Positions 1 through 14,857 are shown, numbered from the stretch's first letter. The stretch is DNA of 64,000 nucleotides from Eledone cirrhosa (GCA_964016885.1 OZ024745.1:102734001-102798000), one strand, 5' to 3'. The notes: a model not told the origin generated them from the sequence alone. Program-made: numbers and translations.

Positions 1-1398
1 AAAACAGAACTGTTGGCATCAAGACTGAAGGAGTAGTATCTGCTAGAGCACGGTGTTTGTATAACTTATTTTCCGCAGAGAAATGTGGTTCTACAAACGT
101 GTTTTTCTGTTGAAGGCCCGCTTTGCTTTTGATGGACTTTTCGAATGTTTATCACAAAATCATGATCCTGCAGAGTGGCGTTTGTTTATTGACTCTTCAA
201 AACGAAGTTTAAAAGCTGTACTTCTCTATAATGGTAATTTGAAGCCCTCCATTCCTATTGCACAATCCGCCCATCTTCATGAATCATATGGGAATATATA
301 ACTTTTACTTCATGCCATTGCCTATGAAAGATACTCATGGAAAATATGTGGAGATTTAAAAGTCATTGGAATGTTAATGGGAATGCAGTCAGGCTTCACA
401 AAATACTGTTATTTCTTGTGTCTATGGGATAGTCAGGCAACTGACAGACATTATTCGGAATCAAACTGGCAGACAAGAACATCATACCAGCCAGGACTGT
501 CTAGCGTCAAGAATGCATCTCTTGTAGATCCATGTAATGTCTTATTGCCTCCTTTACACATAAAGCTTGGACTGATGAAACAGTTTGTAAAGACACTAGG
601 GAAGAGAAATGCCAGAGGCTTTGAATATATTGTAGAAAAGTTTCCAAAAATCACACAGGCGAAGTTGAAAGAGAGTATTTTTGTTGGACCCCAAATTAGA
701 GAAGTACTCAAAGATGTCAACTTCAAGACCACACTGGATGAACTGGAACTGCCTGCCTGGAATGCTTTCAATTGGATCTGTGAGAATTTCTTGGGTAACA
801 AGAAGGCAATGGACTACAAGGATGGCATCAAGAATCTTCTGAAATGTTACTCAGCAATGGATTGTCGCATGTCACTGAAAGTTCACTTCTTGGACTCCCA
901 TCTGGATTTCTTCGCAGATAACCTTGGAGCAGTGTCTGATGAACATGGTGAAAGATTTCACCAGGACATTAGTGTTTTGGAGAAACGGTACCAAGACTTC
1001 TGGAATGACAGTATGCTGGCTGACTACTGCTAGACACTTTACCGTGATCAACCAGATCGGGAATACCGCAGGAAATCCAAATCACAATGTTTTGTAACTC
1101 TGTTATTCTAACTTTGTCTGTTTTTTCTGGCCCATATTTTGTGTATTCACTCTTTGTAGAATGATAGTGATGATTTTTAACTCAATAAACTCATTTACTT
1201 TCTAAAATGATGTCCTTATTTATTACGTTAATGATTTCATATATACAAATTAGTAAATATTTGCATGTATCTACTGAAAAGCTGATACGTGCTGCATACA
1301 AATGGATTGAAATTTTGAAATCAGCATGAAAAATTAGTCTAAAAAAGTTGGTTTGCATTCATAATGAGTATAATACATTTAAATTTTGTTGACCAGTG
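1..1398 (+). mobile_element. Chapaev3-type (CMC superfamily) DNA transposon, right part
   Basis: Contains a decayed transposase. Ends in aaattttgttgaccagtg (1381-1398; reverse complement CACTGGTCAACAAAATTT), followed by TAA. This matches CAC...GTG termini and a TWA target site. Confidence 0.75.
83..1095 (+). pseudogene. Disrupted Chapaev3-like DDE transposase (C-terminal part)
   Basis: ORFs 83-301 and 371-1033 carry WRLFIDSSKRSLKAVLL, FTKYCYFLCLWDS, LLPPLHIKLGLMKQFVK and MSLKVHFLDSHLDFF..NLGAVSDEHGERFHQDI. Premature stops at 299-301 and 1031-1033. Confidence 0.8.
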
Positions 1399-1729
1399 TA
1401 ATGAAAACATTAATTTCCATACTATTTGAGCACAGCTGGTGAAATGAATGTGAATAGTAATTGGAGTCAAATGATGAAGATGCTTGTGAGTATATTCTAT
1501 ATGTAAAACTAAGCAGGTATCTTCACTTTAATGACTACAATGAAACTCCTTTAACAAATACTATCTTCACTACTCCATGGTTTCCTGACAGTACATGACA
1601 CTCTTTCCTATGAGACACATACACATTTGTAGGGCTCCTCTGCCTAGAATTCATGAATGACATTTTATTCTCACCTGCACTGAGGAACATTTTAATTGGT
1701 TTGCTCACTTTTGGTTTGTTTTCCAGTTC

Positions 1730-2245
1730 TTCTTTGTTGTCCATCGTAAACGATGACATCTTCTTTATTTTAGTTCCCCTCTGTCGTGGGCACGAAGGTG
1801 GCTGTGGAGGCCGATCCTTGACTTGCAGGTCCGGGGACAGTGGGGGCAGGGGAAGAGACCGGAGTCGCTTGGGGCAGCTGCTGATGCCTTTCTCCTCATG
1901 TGTGGGTTTGAGACTGGCAGGGCTTTGGGAGTGCACGCTAAAGAAGAAACCTGTGCGAGAAAGGTTTATAATGGGAGGGCCAGTGTACAGTGATGGTTCC
2001 ACTCACTCGGCCGCAGAAGCCAGAATCCGGTGGTATGCAGGACCGTCATGACCAAGGACTTCCTTGGCTGCAGTGAAAGGCCATGATGTCTGCAGTGCCT
2101 TGCCGTGCCCTAGCACTCCACACCACTTGCTGTCGCTGTTGGGACAATGTTGTCCCTCTCCATTCACTCTTCCGGGTCCAGTCTTCGCATGCAGGGGCAG
2201 GCATCCCTATCTAACTCACCAGGGGGTTTCAGACCCGTCCGGTTA
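1730..2245 (-). mobile_element. RTE-clade LINE 3' fragment with C-terminal C2H2 finger
   Basis: A minus-strand frame near 1771-1900 reads HMRRKASAAAPSDSGLFPCPHCPRTCKSRIGLHSHLRAH, followed by a short UTR and an aagaagaa-like tail. GC-rich island. Confidence 0.75.
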
Positions 2246-2820
2246 AAATCTTATTATTCTTATTCCTATGGTAACATGATAATCTCTTTCTGCATCCTTG
2301 AAGTTTTGTGTCTGAGTATGTATTAGTTACAAAATGGATCTTGCTTGTGTCATGTAAGCCAGTTATTTTCATTACTTGATGAAAAAGAAATTCTGCTAGA
2401 AGTTAAGTCATATGTGTGGAGGATACGTGAAGCTGTTGTAACATGATTAGCCCATTACTAATAAGTCTACAACTTCCTTTTCTGTTGTTGATTCTAGGTG
2501 GTATATGAATGATGCTTAACTAGAGTACCTTAGTAAAATTAGTGATAATGAGTAAAGAGAGTTAGTCATGATGTGTTGAATGTAAATGTTCCAAACATTA
2601 GCAATGAAAACTAACCAATCAATTTCCTATCAGCTTTCAATGTCATTAAAATTCTTTTGACTTATTTAACTCTCCTCTTCTATATTACATCAAATATTGC
2701 AAGATTTTGATGCTTGAATAGGATGAAGATGAGACCACCTTCTTATCGCAGTCTTTCTTTATAAAAGGATGCAAAGCTGCTGGCACCACCTTCCTTCCCC
2801 TCCAACAAGTCTTATGTCAA

Positions 2821-2999
2821 ATAATTGTTTCTACTTTAGGCACAAGGCCAGTAATTATCCAGTGCATTACTGGTACTTTATTTTATCGACCCCGTAAGGA
2901 TGAAAGGCAAAGTCAACCTCGGCGGGATTTGAACTCAGATCGTAAAGGGACGTAACTATGCTGGAAAGCATGGCGTCCGACCCTCTACCGATACTGCCA
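2821..2999 (-). mobile_element. tRNA-derived SINE, family A (~185 bp)
   Basis: Minus strand has A box TGGCAGTATCGG, B box GAGTTCAAATCC, central gcctttcatccttacggggtcgataaaataaagtaccag (Deu/Nin-domain-like) and tail agaaacaattat. More than 20 copies in the window. Confidence 0.9.
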
Positions 3000-3439
3000 C
3001 AAATAATGAGGAGCAACAACACTTAAAGACAACTGTAAGATGTCATTTTACTCAATATCCAATGACTATACCATGTTACTTATTGTAGCAACAATGACTT
3101 CTGTGAACTTTCTCACCAGACATATTCCTATCTTAGATTTGTCTTATTCTCTTTTGCTTCTACTGCCTTGCACTCATTTGTTGTGGCTGAGCATTTATGT
3201 TGAGTTAGAAGCCAATAAAAAGTGGTACCATCATTTGTTGTGAAGTACATAAATCTTCCTTTGACTAACCCATCTAACCCATGCAAGCTTGAAAAATGGA
3301 CATTAAGCGGTGATGATGATAATGATGATGATGCTGCTGCAGGCATTTTCCAATGCACATGTAACATTCTGTCTGCATTGTTATTAAAGCTGAACTGCAG
3401 ATTCACCAATGCACAAAGCTGCATATATTGAAAGATGTG

Positions 3440-3985
3440 TGGTGTGAAAATCTCACAATTCCTAATAATATTTTGAAAGATACCACGCATAGTTAAGCCT
3501 ATAATATGCAAACAACCACGGCAGGATTCCTCAGATAGTGGACAGATGAAGCTTTTAATGAGAATGAAACTACAACTATGGAGACAGTTACTGTCCAGCA
3601 GGGTACTAGTTGACTGCATGGGTATGGCAATCAACCAAACACTACTATGGAGTTCAGAAGCAGAACAGAAACATGCCAGTCAGTATTGATCAAGAGGTGT
3701 ACATGGCTGCTTGGATCTTTGCATCACATTTGCATTGGGGAGATTGAAACGCCACAGAATGTATGCCAAGCTGCTCCAGGCCATGTGCACCAAGTTAGGT
3801 GCACCAATCTCTGTAAGTTCTGATGTGTTGTGGAGAATCTTGTTAATAAGGGCATGACAAGAGACTAGCAACAAAAGAAATGCCAGCAATGTCAAGGACA
3901 CATGAGACCAAAGAATAAGATCACTGTATCTTTCAGGTAAGGTGGCTTGCTGCCATTCAGTGTCATCAAATTGATGACACATGCA
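3440..3985 (-). mobile_element. Decayed CRE-clade non-LTR retrotransposon fragment (post-RT region)
   Basis: Translation DDTEWQQATLP...LAFL resembles the CRE W.QA.LP.R.GGLG..LA.PAFL motif. A Cys/His remnant lies downstream. Many disruptions. Confidence 0.5.
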
Positions 3986-5445
3986 AGTTTATATATTACA
4001 TTTTCGTATCTACCAAGAGCTGAAATTTTTCTCTTTTATTTTTACTGATATCACAGAAGTGCCAATACTAACTAAATTGATAACCGACTTTGGCATTTAT
4101 TGGCTGAGCAACATTGTATGATTCTACATCATGAAAATTAGTTCCCAACTATGTCACAATCTTAGTGACAATTTCACTCTCTTTGTAATCAAACTTGCTG
4201 CAAAGTCAATAAATTGTTTTAAGCTATCATTATGAAATGCAAGAAAATTGCTTTTCACAAAATGACATAAGCATTATGTGAAATTGTAATGAAAACAGGA
4301 TACCATTTGGCAAGGATGTGTAATCTGCAGATGTCATCTTGGTCTTCAATCCCAATTGGCTAATTAATTGCTTTATGAGGCCATCATACTTTGTGACAAT
4401 GATGCTGATTGGCTGAACATATGACCTCAAGCATCCAACTCAACAAAATTTGAAAACAGTGAAATGATAGACAATCTTGTTTTTTTTTCACATATTTATT
4501 TGGTCTTCCCAAGGTTATTGTAAAATACACTTTGCTAGGGTTCCGATGATGATGGTCATTGTGTTAGCAATGATAAAGATGCTGGTGGTAGAGATGATGG
4601 GGAAAATAGCAAAAAGATTATGATGAAGGAGATTGTCAGGTAATTCAGCTTCAAGTTGCATGAACAGAGTCTAAATAATGGTTAGGTTAAGGACAAATTG
4701 AATGTGCCACAACACCATTGCAGCAAACTTACAGAGTAATGCAATTTCTTTTTAATTTCTTTTGGTAAATGAATAAATAAATAAAATTAAAAACAAAAGT
4801 TAAAAATAAAATAGTAGTATATTAAAAATAGCTAACTTAGTTCATAGAAAAATGTACAAACAAAAAAAAATATCTAACAAATCATATAAGAATATTTCGT
4901 CTAGCATGATTAGAACCCTCACATACATACCCAAAATAATTTATAACTGAAAATCTTCTCAAAAGAACACAAAAGGTTTCTAATAAATAGCAGTGATAGA
5001 ACAACAATACATTGTGGATCAGATTTTGATGCTGTCCCAAAAGTTATTTACAGGATGGTAGCATATAACATAGCAACTATAGTTTTCAATAGTGGCAATC
5101 TTCTTTCTGTATGAAGTTATTGAGTCTTTTGACAATCCTAGTTTAAGGCAAGATTAAGAAGCAGGAGGAAATTATGTAATAGAACAAATGGAATTAATGT
5201 GTGTATGTATTAGTATATAGCTATATGTATATGTATGTATGCATGTATATAGATAGTATACATGTATTATATGATATATATATATATACTATAATGCACG
5301 TATACTATCTATTTTAATGTGTTTATTGAAAGTGAAACAGATATATACAGCAACAGGAAATGACAGAAATGCAGCCTGAACAGACAATGGTTAAGAAACT
5401 GAAAGAGAGGAAATAGTGGAAAGAAAATACAGAGAGCAAGAAATT

Positions 5446-7206
<1,761 letters not shown>

Positions 7207-7504
7207 CCTCACTTAGATATTCTATAATTTCCAAGTGATGCTCCAGGTATGTTATATATACAGATATGTGCATATGTATGTATGTCTATGCATGTATGTC
7301 TATGTATTTTTTTCTCACTAGTCAGTTCTTTTGTTGCTACAGATCACGCAGCTGAACTAGCAGTCGCTATCTTCAATTTGTAAAGCTCTTTAAACTGTAT
7401 GTTATTACTCTGAGGTCTATACCTTCTTGAGTGCTTGGCTGCATTGCTGAAGGAATTCATTGGCTTAGCTGCTGCTGGCACTACAAATATACTGTACTTT
7501 CATT

Positions 7505-7540
<36 letters not shown>

Positions 7541-7912
7541 ATTATCAAAGTGTTGAGTGATTTGAGATTTGAAAATGTGGGAATCCCAAATGCAGAAAAT
7601 CACTGTAACAATGGTCGATTGCTGTAAATAATAGCTTAGAAAATCAGGTAAAATACTCCTAGAGACACATGGTATTTAAGAGATATTGAGTTTAATTCTT
7701 TGTAGCTGCTGCAGGTGACTTTGTTTCCATCTTCCAATGCAGGCATATATATAAGGCTTGCTTTGGCTATTTTAAGCTGTAATCATGTCACAGCTACCTA
7801 AGTAGCCATGTAAGAATGCTAGCCACTTCAGTGACATTTACTTTCTTAGTAAAGAGTAAAAAATAAGCTACAGTTTATATAGATTTTGCAAATGCTAAAT
7901 CTAATGGGATTA

Positions 7913-8050
7913 CATCGACCCCAGTACTTACTGGTGCTTTATATTATTGACCCTGTAAGGATGAAAGGCAAAGCTAACCTCGGTAGGATTTGCACTCAGA
8001 ACATTAACTCTCTGCCATGAAGCATGGTGTCCAACGCTCTAGTGATACTG

Positions 8051-8053
<3 letters not shown>
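7913..8053 (-). mobile_element. SINE family A, decayed partial copy
   Basis: gaccctgtaaggatgaaaggcaaagctaacctcggtaggatttgcactcag...gatactgcc. Confidence 0.8.

Positions 8054-8121
<68 letters not shown>
8054..8121. repeat. (TG)n microsatellite
   Basis: Directly visible. Confidence 0.98.
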
Positions 8122-8125
<4 letters not shown>

Positions 8126-8207
8126 GGTAAACAGAAATAAAAAAACAAACAACACAGTACATTGAAGAAATATCAGTTTAATGTTTCAAATAGTAGCATG
8201 AAAAGAG

Positions 8208-8243
8208 TCTTAACATTTCAGACACTAGTCCTTCATCAGAAGA
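8208..8243 (-). ncRNA. Minimal hammerhead-like motif, decayed
   Basis: Minus strand: tctt CTGATGA a ggac tagt gtct GAAA tg TT aaga. Stem I is tctt/aaga, stem II is ggac/gtct. Confidence 0.55.
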
Positions 8244-8444
8244 AAGAGTTAGAAATAGAAAATAAATAGAAAGTAAACAGTGAGAAGAGGAAAGAACAAG
8301 GAAAAAATGGGGAGAAAAAGGTAAATAAAACGGATGTGTATTCAGTCAGCCACTTTGGAGATTTTGAAATAATATATATATATATTAAGTATTTCCATAG
8401 AAAAGATAAAGGAAAGAAGAGTACTCTATGTATAATACAGAGCT

Positions 8445-8611
8445 ATTTAATTATATAATAAACAACACAATATAACTATTCCATTACCCAAGGTTTCACA
8501 AAGTTAGACGATTCTAACAGAAATGTCTGGTTCATTCATCAGAATCGTCTAACTTCATGAAACCTTGGGTAATGAAATAATTATATTGTGTTGTTTATTA
8601 TAGAATTAAAT
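8445..8611. repeat. Fold-back inverted repeat (71-bp arms, 25-nt loop) containing a hammerhead core
   Basis: Arms 8445-8515 and 8541-8611 with few mismatches. Minus strand 8542-8481: CTGATGA atgaa...tttgt GAAA cc ttg gg TA atgg. Confidence 0.85.
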
Positions 8612-9084
8612 ATATATATATAGTACAGCGTTCCTTTGTCAGTGTTGAACAAATGAGCAACGATGGTTGCTGGACACTACGGCTTAATACGGGATGTTTG
8701 TTTACAAACACACCGAGCATTATAATAAATGTTCGGTGAATCCATACGTACATATATATATGTGTGCATGTATGTATATATATATATACATACTACTGTA
8801 CGTCTGTATACATATATGTATGTACGTGTACATACTTATATTTAAGTAACAGCCATACTAAGAGTGGGAAATGAAATTTCGTTTCATTTTTTCCTTTTAT
8901 AGAGAGAGAGAGAGAGAGAGAGCCTACACGAGGACACATGCTTCATTGAACAGATTCGGTGAAATAACTCTATACTGAACTCAACCTCCGAACTGAGTGC
9001 ACTACTTACTATGGATATAACCTCCCAGTTTTTTATGACTATATATATGCCCCAAAACACACAGCCCACACTGTAAAATGTACG

Positions 9085-9285
9085 TGTAAAAGACACGGCA
9101 AAAAGTACCCAGCACAATGTGGTTGGCGTTAGGAAGGGCATTCAGCCATAGAAAACCAGCCAGAAAATCTCCTATATGAGCGAGACAAGGTCACCCAACC
9201 CTACTTGCCTCTAAATGGGACAAACCTGTCTAACCCATGCTAGCGTGGAAGATAGACGTTAAACAATGACGAAGATGATGATGGT
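9085..9285 (+). mobile_element. SINE 3' portion with RTE-like tail (family C)
   Basis: ggttggcgttaggaagggcattcagcc...tctaacccatgctagcgtggaagatagacgttaaacaatgacgaagatgatgatg. Related tails at 3270-3335 and 12420-12490. Confidence 0.7.
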
Positions 9286-9290
9286 GTGTG

Positions 9291-9338
<48 letters not shown>

Positions 9339-9846
9339 TGTGTGTATAAATATATATTCTATAGATTAAATAGGATACTGATAAAATAATGTTGTGACAG
9401 ACTCAGACAGATCTGAAGTGAATATATGGAAAAGATAAATCTAAAATAGAGAGAATAAAGCATGTGAAATTATAAGGCAGAATATATCAGTCTTTGTGAG
9501 GTTTAGCAGAGATAATTTTTTTTAGTTTGTGCATAGACATTTTTTGTATCTGAAAGAAAACTTTGGTTTAAATTTTAGTGATTTTTGTATTGTTGGGGGG
9601 CTTCTTTTTTTTTTTTTGCTTTAATATTTTTTATATCATACATTTTGAGAACAATAATGTTTTGGGATATAGGTTTTCAACTGGCCAATTATTGATTCAT
9701 TGCATTTCCGATGGTGAGAGTGACAAAGTCTGTGTAGCTGGGGCCAAAAAAAATTGAAGTTAATTTTTTATCAAAGCAATATTTTATTGGCAATTTCCCT
9801 ACTGATATACACACGTGCGTGTATCTGTGGGTGGGTGAACATATAT

Positions 9847-10186
9847 ATCATCATCATCATCATTTTACGTCCGCTTTTCCCTGCTTGCAAGGGTGAGACG
9901 GGAACTGATTCTGGCTTGATTTTTACAGCTGGATGCCCTTCCTAACACCAACCTCATTTACAGTGAGAGCTGGGTGCTTTTTTGCCGTGGCACCTCCATA
10001 ACCACTTTGCAGTGGAATGATAGGGACCCCAGTCCCTATCATCTCATTTCTACAGCTGAGTAATCTGGAGCAATGTGAAATAAAGTGTCTTGCTCAAGGA
10101 AACAACACATCACCCGGTCTGAGAATTGAACTCACAACCTTTCGATTGCAAGTCCAATGCTCTAACCACTAAGCCATGTGCCTCCA
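9847..10186 (-). mobile_element. tRNA-derived SINE (family C, possibly two joined pieces)
   Basis: Minus strand has head tggcttagtggttagagc...gagttcaattc, core ttgtttccttgagcaagacacttta, and a tail ending ggacgtaaaatgatgatgatg. Confidence 0.8.
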
Positions 10187-11483
10187 TATATATATATATA
10201 TATGATTTCTGTATAGTTTCTGTCTACTGAAGAACCACTACAGCCAATATCATCAACAACTGCAAGAGAGCCTTTCTAGGGTCACTCAACCTGATAGAAA
10301 TAGCCAAATCTTTCAAATCCCACTTATCCTATGTAATGTAGTTAGTTAGAAAACTTGTATGCTTCTCAGAGTTAAAAATCTACATCTGTTAACAACAGCA
10401 AACATATTTAATTCAGCTTGTTTTTCTGCAGCCACTACATATGTCACTTGGATTAATCATATTCATATTCAACTGCTATAATACTTCTGACACAATAAAT
10501 GCAACACATGTTTTATACAGCTAAAAGCTGTAGTTTTATTTTATTTTATTTTTCAAAGTTACCTAAAAAGAACATGTTGCAGATTAGAAAAGATTTGCTT
10601 GCCAACAGAATTTAACTACTGGCTCACAGATGGATTGTTTCTGTATGTGCTTTTTCTTTATTTTTTATCTCTACAACAATGGTTTCTTTCTGTTCTTCTG
10701 AATGTACATGTTTCTCCTATTTATATCAGTGTTAATATGTATCTCACCTCAACATTCTACTCTAAACATTTTGCCTAATCTGCTCTCACCAGTTGGCTAC
10801 CAATCTTTCATTTATGAAAGCCTCACATAAAATATTAATGGACAATTCTCTGAAACACCTTCCTAATCGAAACTTTTCTCACAAATATCAATGTTAAAAA
10901 CGTTTAAACTTAAGAAACAATTGCAACAATCTCATAAAGCAGACCTACAAAAATCATAGGTATTTTCCTTCTGATTATCTAATTAAAAAGAAAGAAAAAA
11001 AAATTTCTGCTGCCCAATTTGAGATTCAATTCTTTTTTCACTTGTATACTATCAAGAGAGTATGTATCCATGCATATCTCAGTTAGAGTGAGGACACTAT
11101 AATCCTGCATGTTGTAGGAGTTGATTAAAAGGATTGGTACCAGGAAGAGCCTCAAAACATTGCCTCAAAAAGGACTCCATAATGAATATGAAGCTTGTCA
11201 ACAGACTTTGTTTAAATAGAGAAAGTGACTTTAAACCACTTGTTATCATATATAGAAAGTATTATCGTTAAATTATTTCTCTAAAGACTAATACAACCAT
11301 ACTTTCCTTTACTGCAATTATCTGATCTCTACGTCAGCAAGCACAGCAATATCTATAATTCTGATGAGGTCACAATACTGCCAAAACTCCTCCAGAGTAA
11401 TCTCACAAATTTGCTTGAGAAACTAAAGTGGTATTAGTGATTGACTAATATTGTTTGTATTTTTACTCATCACATGTTCCCTA

Positions 11484-11812
11484 TGGCAAAGTCGTTAGAA
11501 CATCGGATAGAATACTTTCTGGTATTCGTTCCAGCTCCCTGCTGTCTGAGCTCAAATCCCGCTGAGGTCAACTTTGCCTTTTATCCTTTCAAGGTTGATA
11601 AAAAAAAATTACCAGTCTAGTACTGGGGACGATTCTTCCTCTATATATCTTTCACATTTCCTTCTACTCACTTTCTGTCTTTCTCCAGAAGAAATCTGCT
11701 ATACTCATCAGGCCTGGAGAGGGATGGGCTCCACCAAGCTTAAAATGCCCAAGAAATGCTGTATGTCAATACGGTGCCCCTACAACTCTATTACAAGTTA
11801 CGGGACCATACA
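11484..11812 (+). mobile_element. tRNA-derived SINE, family B (~330 bp, family A-like head with a different tail)
   Basis: tggcaaagtcgttaga...gagctcaaatccc...gccttttatcctttcaaggttgataaaa...gttacgggaccatacata. Confidence 0.75.
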
Positions 11813-12044
11813 TAGACAAAAATGTCTTTTGTGGGATAAACAATACTGCAGGTTCTGAGTATTTGTTGGTTCACAAACAATATGTACTATTTTAGTTTTT
11901 ATATATTCCTTGTATTTGATATGTTAACAATAACTTACCTATTGTTATTCATATGGTTGTTGTCTGAATAATATATTCTCTGAGCAGTGTACATTTATTT
12001 AATGAGCTTATCAGTATTTTAGCAAGTAATGTGAAGTCTATGAT

Positions 12045-12252
12045 TTGCTGATAATTGTTTCTACTTTTGGCACAAGGCCAGCAATTAACCAGTGCATTAC
12101 TGGTACTTTATTTTATCGACTCCGTAAGGATGAAAGGCAAAGTCAACCTCGGCGGGATTGACTTTGCCTTATGGGGTCGATAAAATAAAGTACCAGTAAT
12201 GCACTGGGTAATTGCTGGCCTTGTGCCAAAAGTAGAAACAATTGCTGATAAT
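12045..12252. mobile_element. Inverted pair of 5'-truncated family A SINEs inside one 11-bp TSD
   Basis: A minus copy (12051-12158) is fused to a plus copy (12158-12243). ttgctgataat occurs at 12045-12055 and 12242-12252. Confidence 0.85.
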
Positions 12253-12942
12253 GTCATAAGATAAACATGCCCAGAGTTGCTTCTTGTAATTTCTAAATAA
12301 TTAAGATAATATTAATCAATAAGTTTTTTTTTTTCTGACCATATAATTACTTCTAGTTAACCTTTTAATTTTACCTGTATGAGCAAGACACAGTCACCTG
12401 ATCCAGCTTGCCACAAATAGGACAACCCGTTTAACCTATGCTACCATGGAAAATGGACGTTAAATGATGGTGGTGGTGATGATGATGCTGTTACACTAGC
12501 CTAACTTTAAGAACACAATTTAACTAAACAAGAAATATTTTAGACTTGAAATTCCCTTGCAATTTGTGAACCATATACTACCAGGTCTGAACACCAAGGA
12601 CACACAATCACACTAAAGCTGTTATTTTCTAAACTTCCACACTTTTATGTATGTAGTGTCTTAATATATTTGCGGACTGATTCACCACTAAGAATAATTT
12701 TTTACAAATCTATTAATATATTTTTACAAATCTATTAATATATTTTACAAATAGATTAATATACAAAAACTATTTAATAATCTAATTAATTATTTTTCTA
12801 TAGAAGATAGTATTTTTTAAGGCAATTTTTCATATTAAGAATTCTGTAATCATAAGTATATTATTTTATTGGCAATTAGATTTCATAACTGAAGAAAATT
12901 ACTAGTATTGATTTTCCTAGCAACTAAATTATCAGAAGAGAT

Positions 12943-13270
12943 ATAGTACACTGCTATATAATCTATGTCTCACTACAAATCTCATACTCCTACCAACTTT
13001 CAAAGAGTTATAGTACACTGCTATATAATCTATATCTCACTACTAATGTCATATTCCTACCAACTTTCAAAGAGTTATAGTACACTGCTATGTAATCTAT
13101 GTCTGACTACTAATGTCATATTCCTACCAACTTTCAAAGAGTTATAGTACACTGCTATATAATCTATGTCTGACTACTAATGTCATATTCCTACCAACTT
13201 TCAAAGAGTTGTAGTATATTGTTATATACCTCTATGTCTGGCTACTAATGTCATATTGTAACCAACTTTT
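12943..13270. repeat. 67-bp minisatellite, ~4.9 copies
   Basis: Unit atagtacactgctatataatctatgtctgactactaatgtcatattcctaccaactttcaaagagtt starts at 12943, 13010, 13077, 13144 and 13211. Confidence 0.95.
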
Positions 13271-14514
13271 ATAAAACATTCTGTAATTAAAGCTATATCA
13301 CTTTATTACATATCCTTTTACTTTCTATTAAAAATATATTTTATGTTTGATAGTCTCGGCATATATTCCATTCAACCCAAATCCATATTTGTTAAAATCT
13401 GTTTGGTAATCAATCAGATAGCTTTGATTGAGGAGGTGGTCGCTATTACACATGAAATATTACTTAATGTCCGTATTTTTTAAAATATTGCTATTATTGG
13501 AGATTATGATACTGAACAACTAAAAGCAGAGAAAATATATTTAAAATATACTCAAAATCATTGCATGCCTGTTCAGCAATATAATGTGCTATACAAATGG
13601 AATGGTGGTGTCAATAGCTTTTAAATTGCATTTAGTTGTAAAGTGTTTGTTGTTGTAGTTTCAATGCATTCATGGATATTGGAAAATGTTTGAAATATGT
13701 GTTGATTGTTCTGTTAGAATATTCAATAAAAGCTAAATGGAATCATTATTGAGTTAAGTCAAAGAATGAGAAAAGGATAAAGAAATATTAAAATGAAATT
13801 TAGTAGGAATATGACAATGGTGGTCAGAAATAAATTCAACATACAGTAGTAAAATACAGCTGATATACCTATATTCTATACAGTAATGAAGTAACTCTCT
13901 TCTGATAAATTTAGTTGCCAGAAAAATCAATATTAGCCATTGTCTTTAGTTATGAAATACAATTGTAAATGAACATTGGGAGATTTGTAAATTAATGACA
14001 GAAAACTACATTCAAGAGAGAAGGCTGAATCAAATCTAGACTGGTTTATAGTTCTTCAAATATACTCCACACTCCCTTGTGAATGTCAGTTATGAAACAG
14101 TATTAAATCTTCAAGTAGGGAAATAGAATGCATGTTGGGGATCAAACACAGACAATATAGAGTAGTTGGTGATCAAACAGAAACAATATAGGTTACTTGG
14201 GAATTAAACTGAGTTAATAAAGAGTACAAAAGGCTACAGTCTTGCTGAGTACATGACAACCGTTTTAGTGCTAGTCTCATGAGAAAATGTACTCAGTACA
14301 CTCTCACAATTTTAAAACACACTACATTTGCATATAGTGCGTTTTAAAGTTGTAAATAATAGAAATAGCAAAATTGTGAAATATATTTTGTGTATTTTGA
14401 AATTGTGAAGCTGTTTATTTTCTTCGGGATTCCAATCTGGGATTGATTATAAATGCTTTAGGCACTGGCGCTCCTTTTCAAACTAAATTATTAAATAATT
14501 ATATGTATATGGTA

Positions 14515-14857
14515 TGGTATGTACCCATAACTACTGAGGAGTGGTAAGGGTGCCATATTGACATACAATGTTTCTAGGGCATTTGATTTTTAAACTTGGT
14601 GAAGCCTATCTCCTCTCCAGGTCTGAATACACCAGATTTCTTCCAGAGAAGGATAGAGAGTGAGAGAAAGGAATTGAGAAAGAGCTATAGAGGAAGAATC
14701 AACCCCATTTCTTGACTGGTAATTTTTTTTATCGACCATGAATTGACGAAAGGCAAAGTTGATCTCAGCGGGATTTGAACTCAGAGAGCGGAGAGCCGAA
14801 ATGAATGCGACAAAGCATTCTATCTGATGTTCTAATGACTCTGCCAATTCGCCACCT
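14515..14857 (-). mobile_element. SINE family B
   Basis: Reverse-complement match to 11484-11812, with head ggtggcgaattggcagagtcattaga and B box gagttcaaatccc. Confidence 0.75.

Noticed and set aside
1535-2246. ORFs of 155, 132 and 60 aa as host genes
   Set aside because: They are shadow frames of a GC-rich RTE fragment. The recognisable zinc finger is in another frame.
10100-10186. tRNA gene
   Set aside because: The A and B boxes run into SINE core sequence and there is no full cloverleaf. It is a SINE head, as are all family A, B and C heads.
11938-12292. Minus-strand exon bounded by ttatttag and gtaagt
   Set aside because: Stops occur in all frames and a SINE pair interrupts it, so it cannot be supported as coding.
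12943-13270. CRISPR-like periodicity
   Set aside because: Whole 67-bp units repeat with no unique spacers, there are no cas genes, and the context is eukaryotic.
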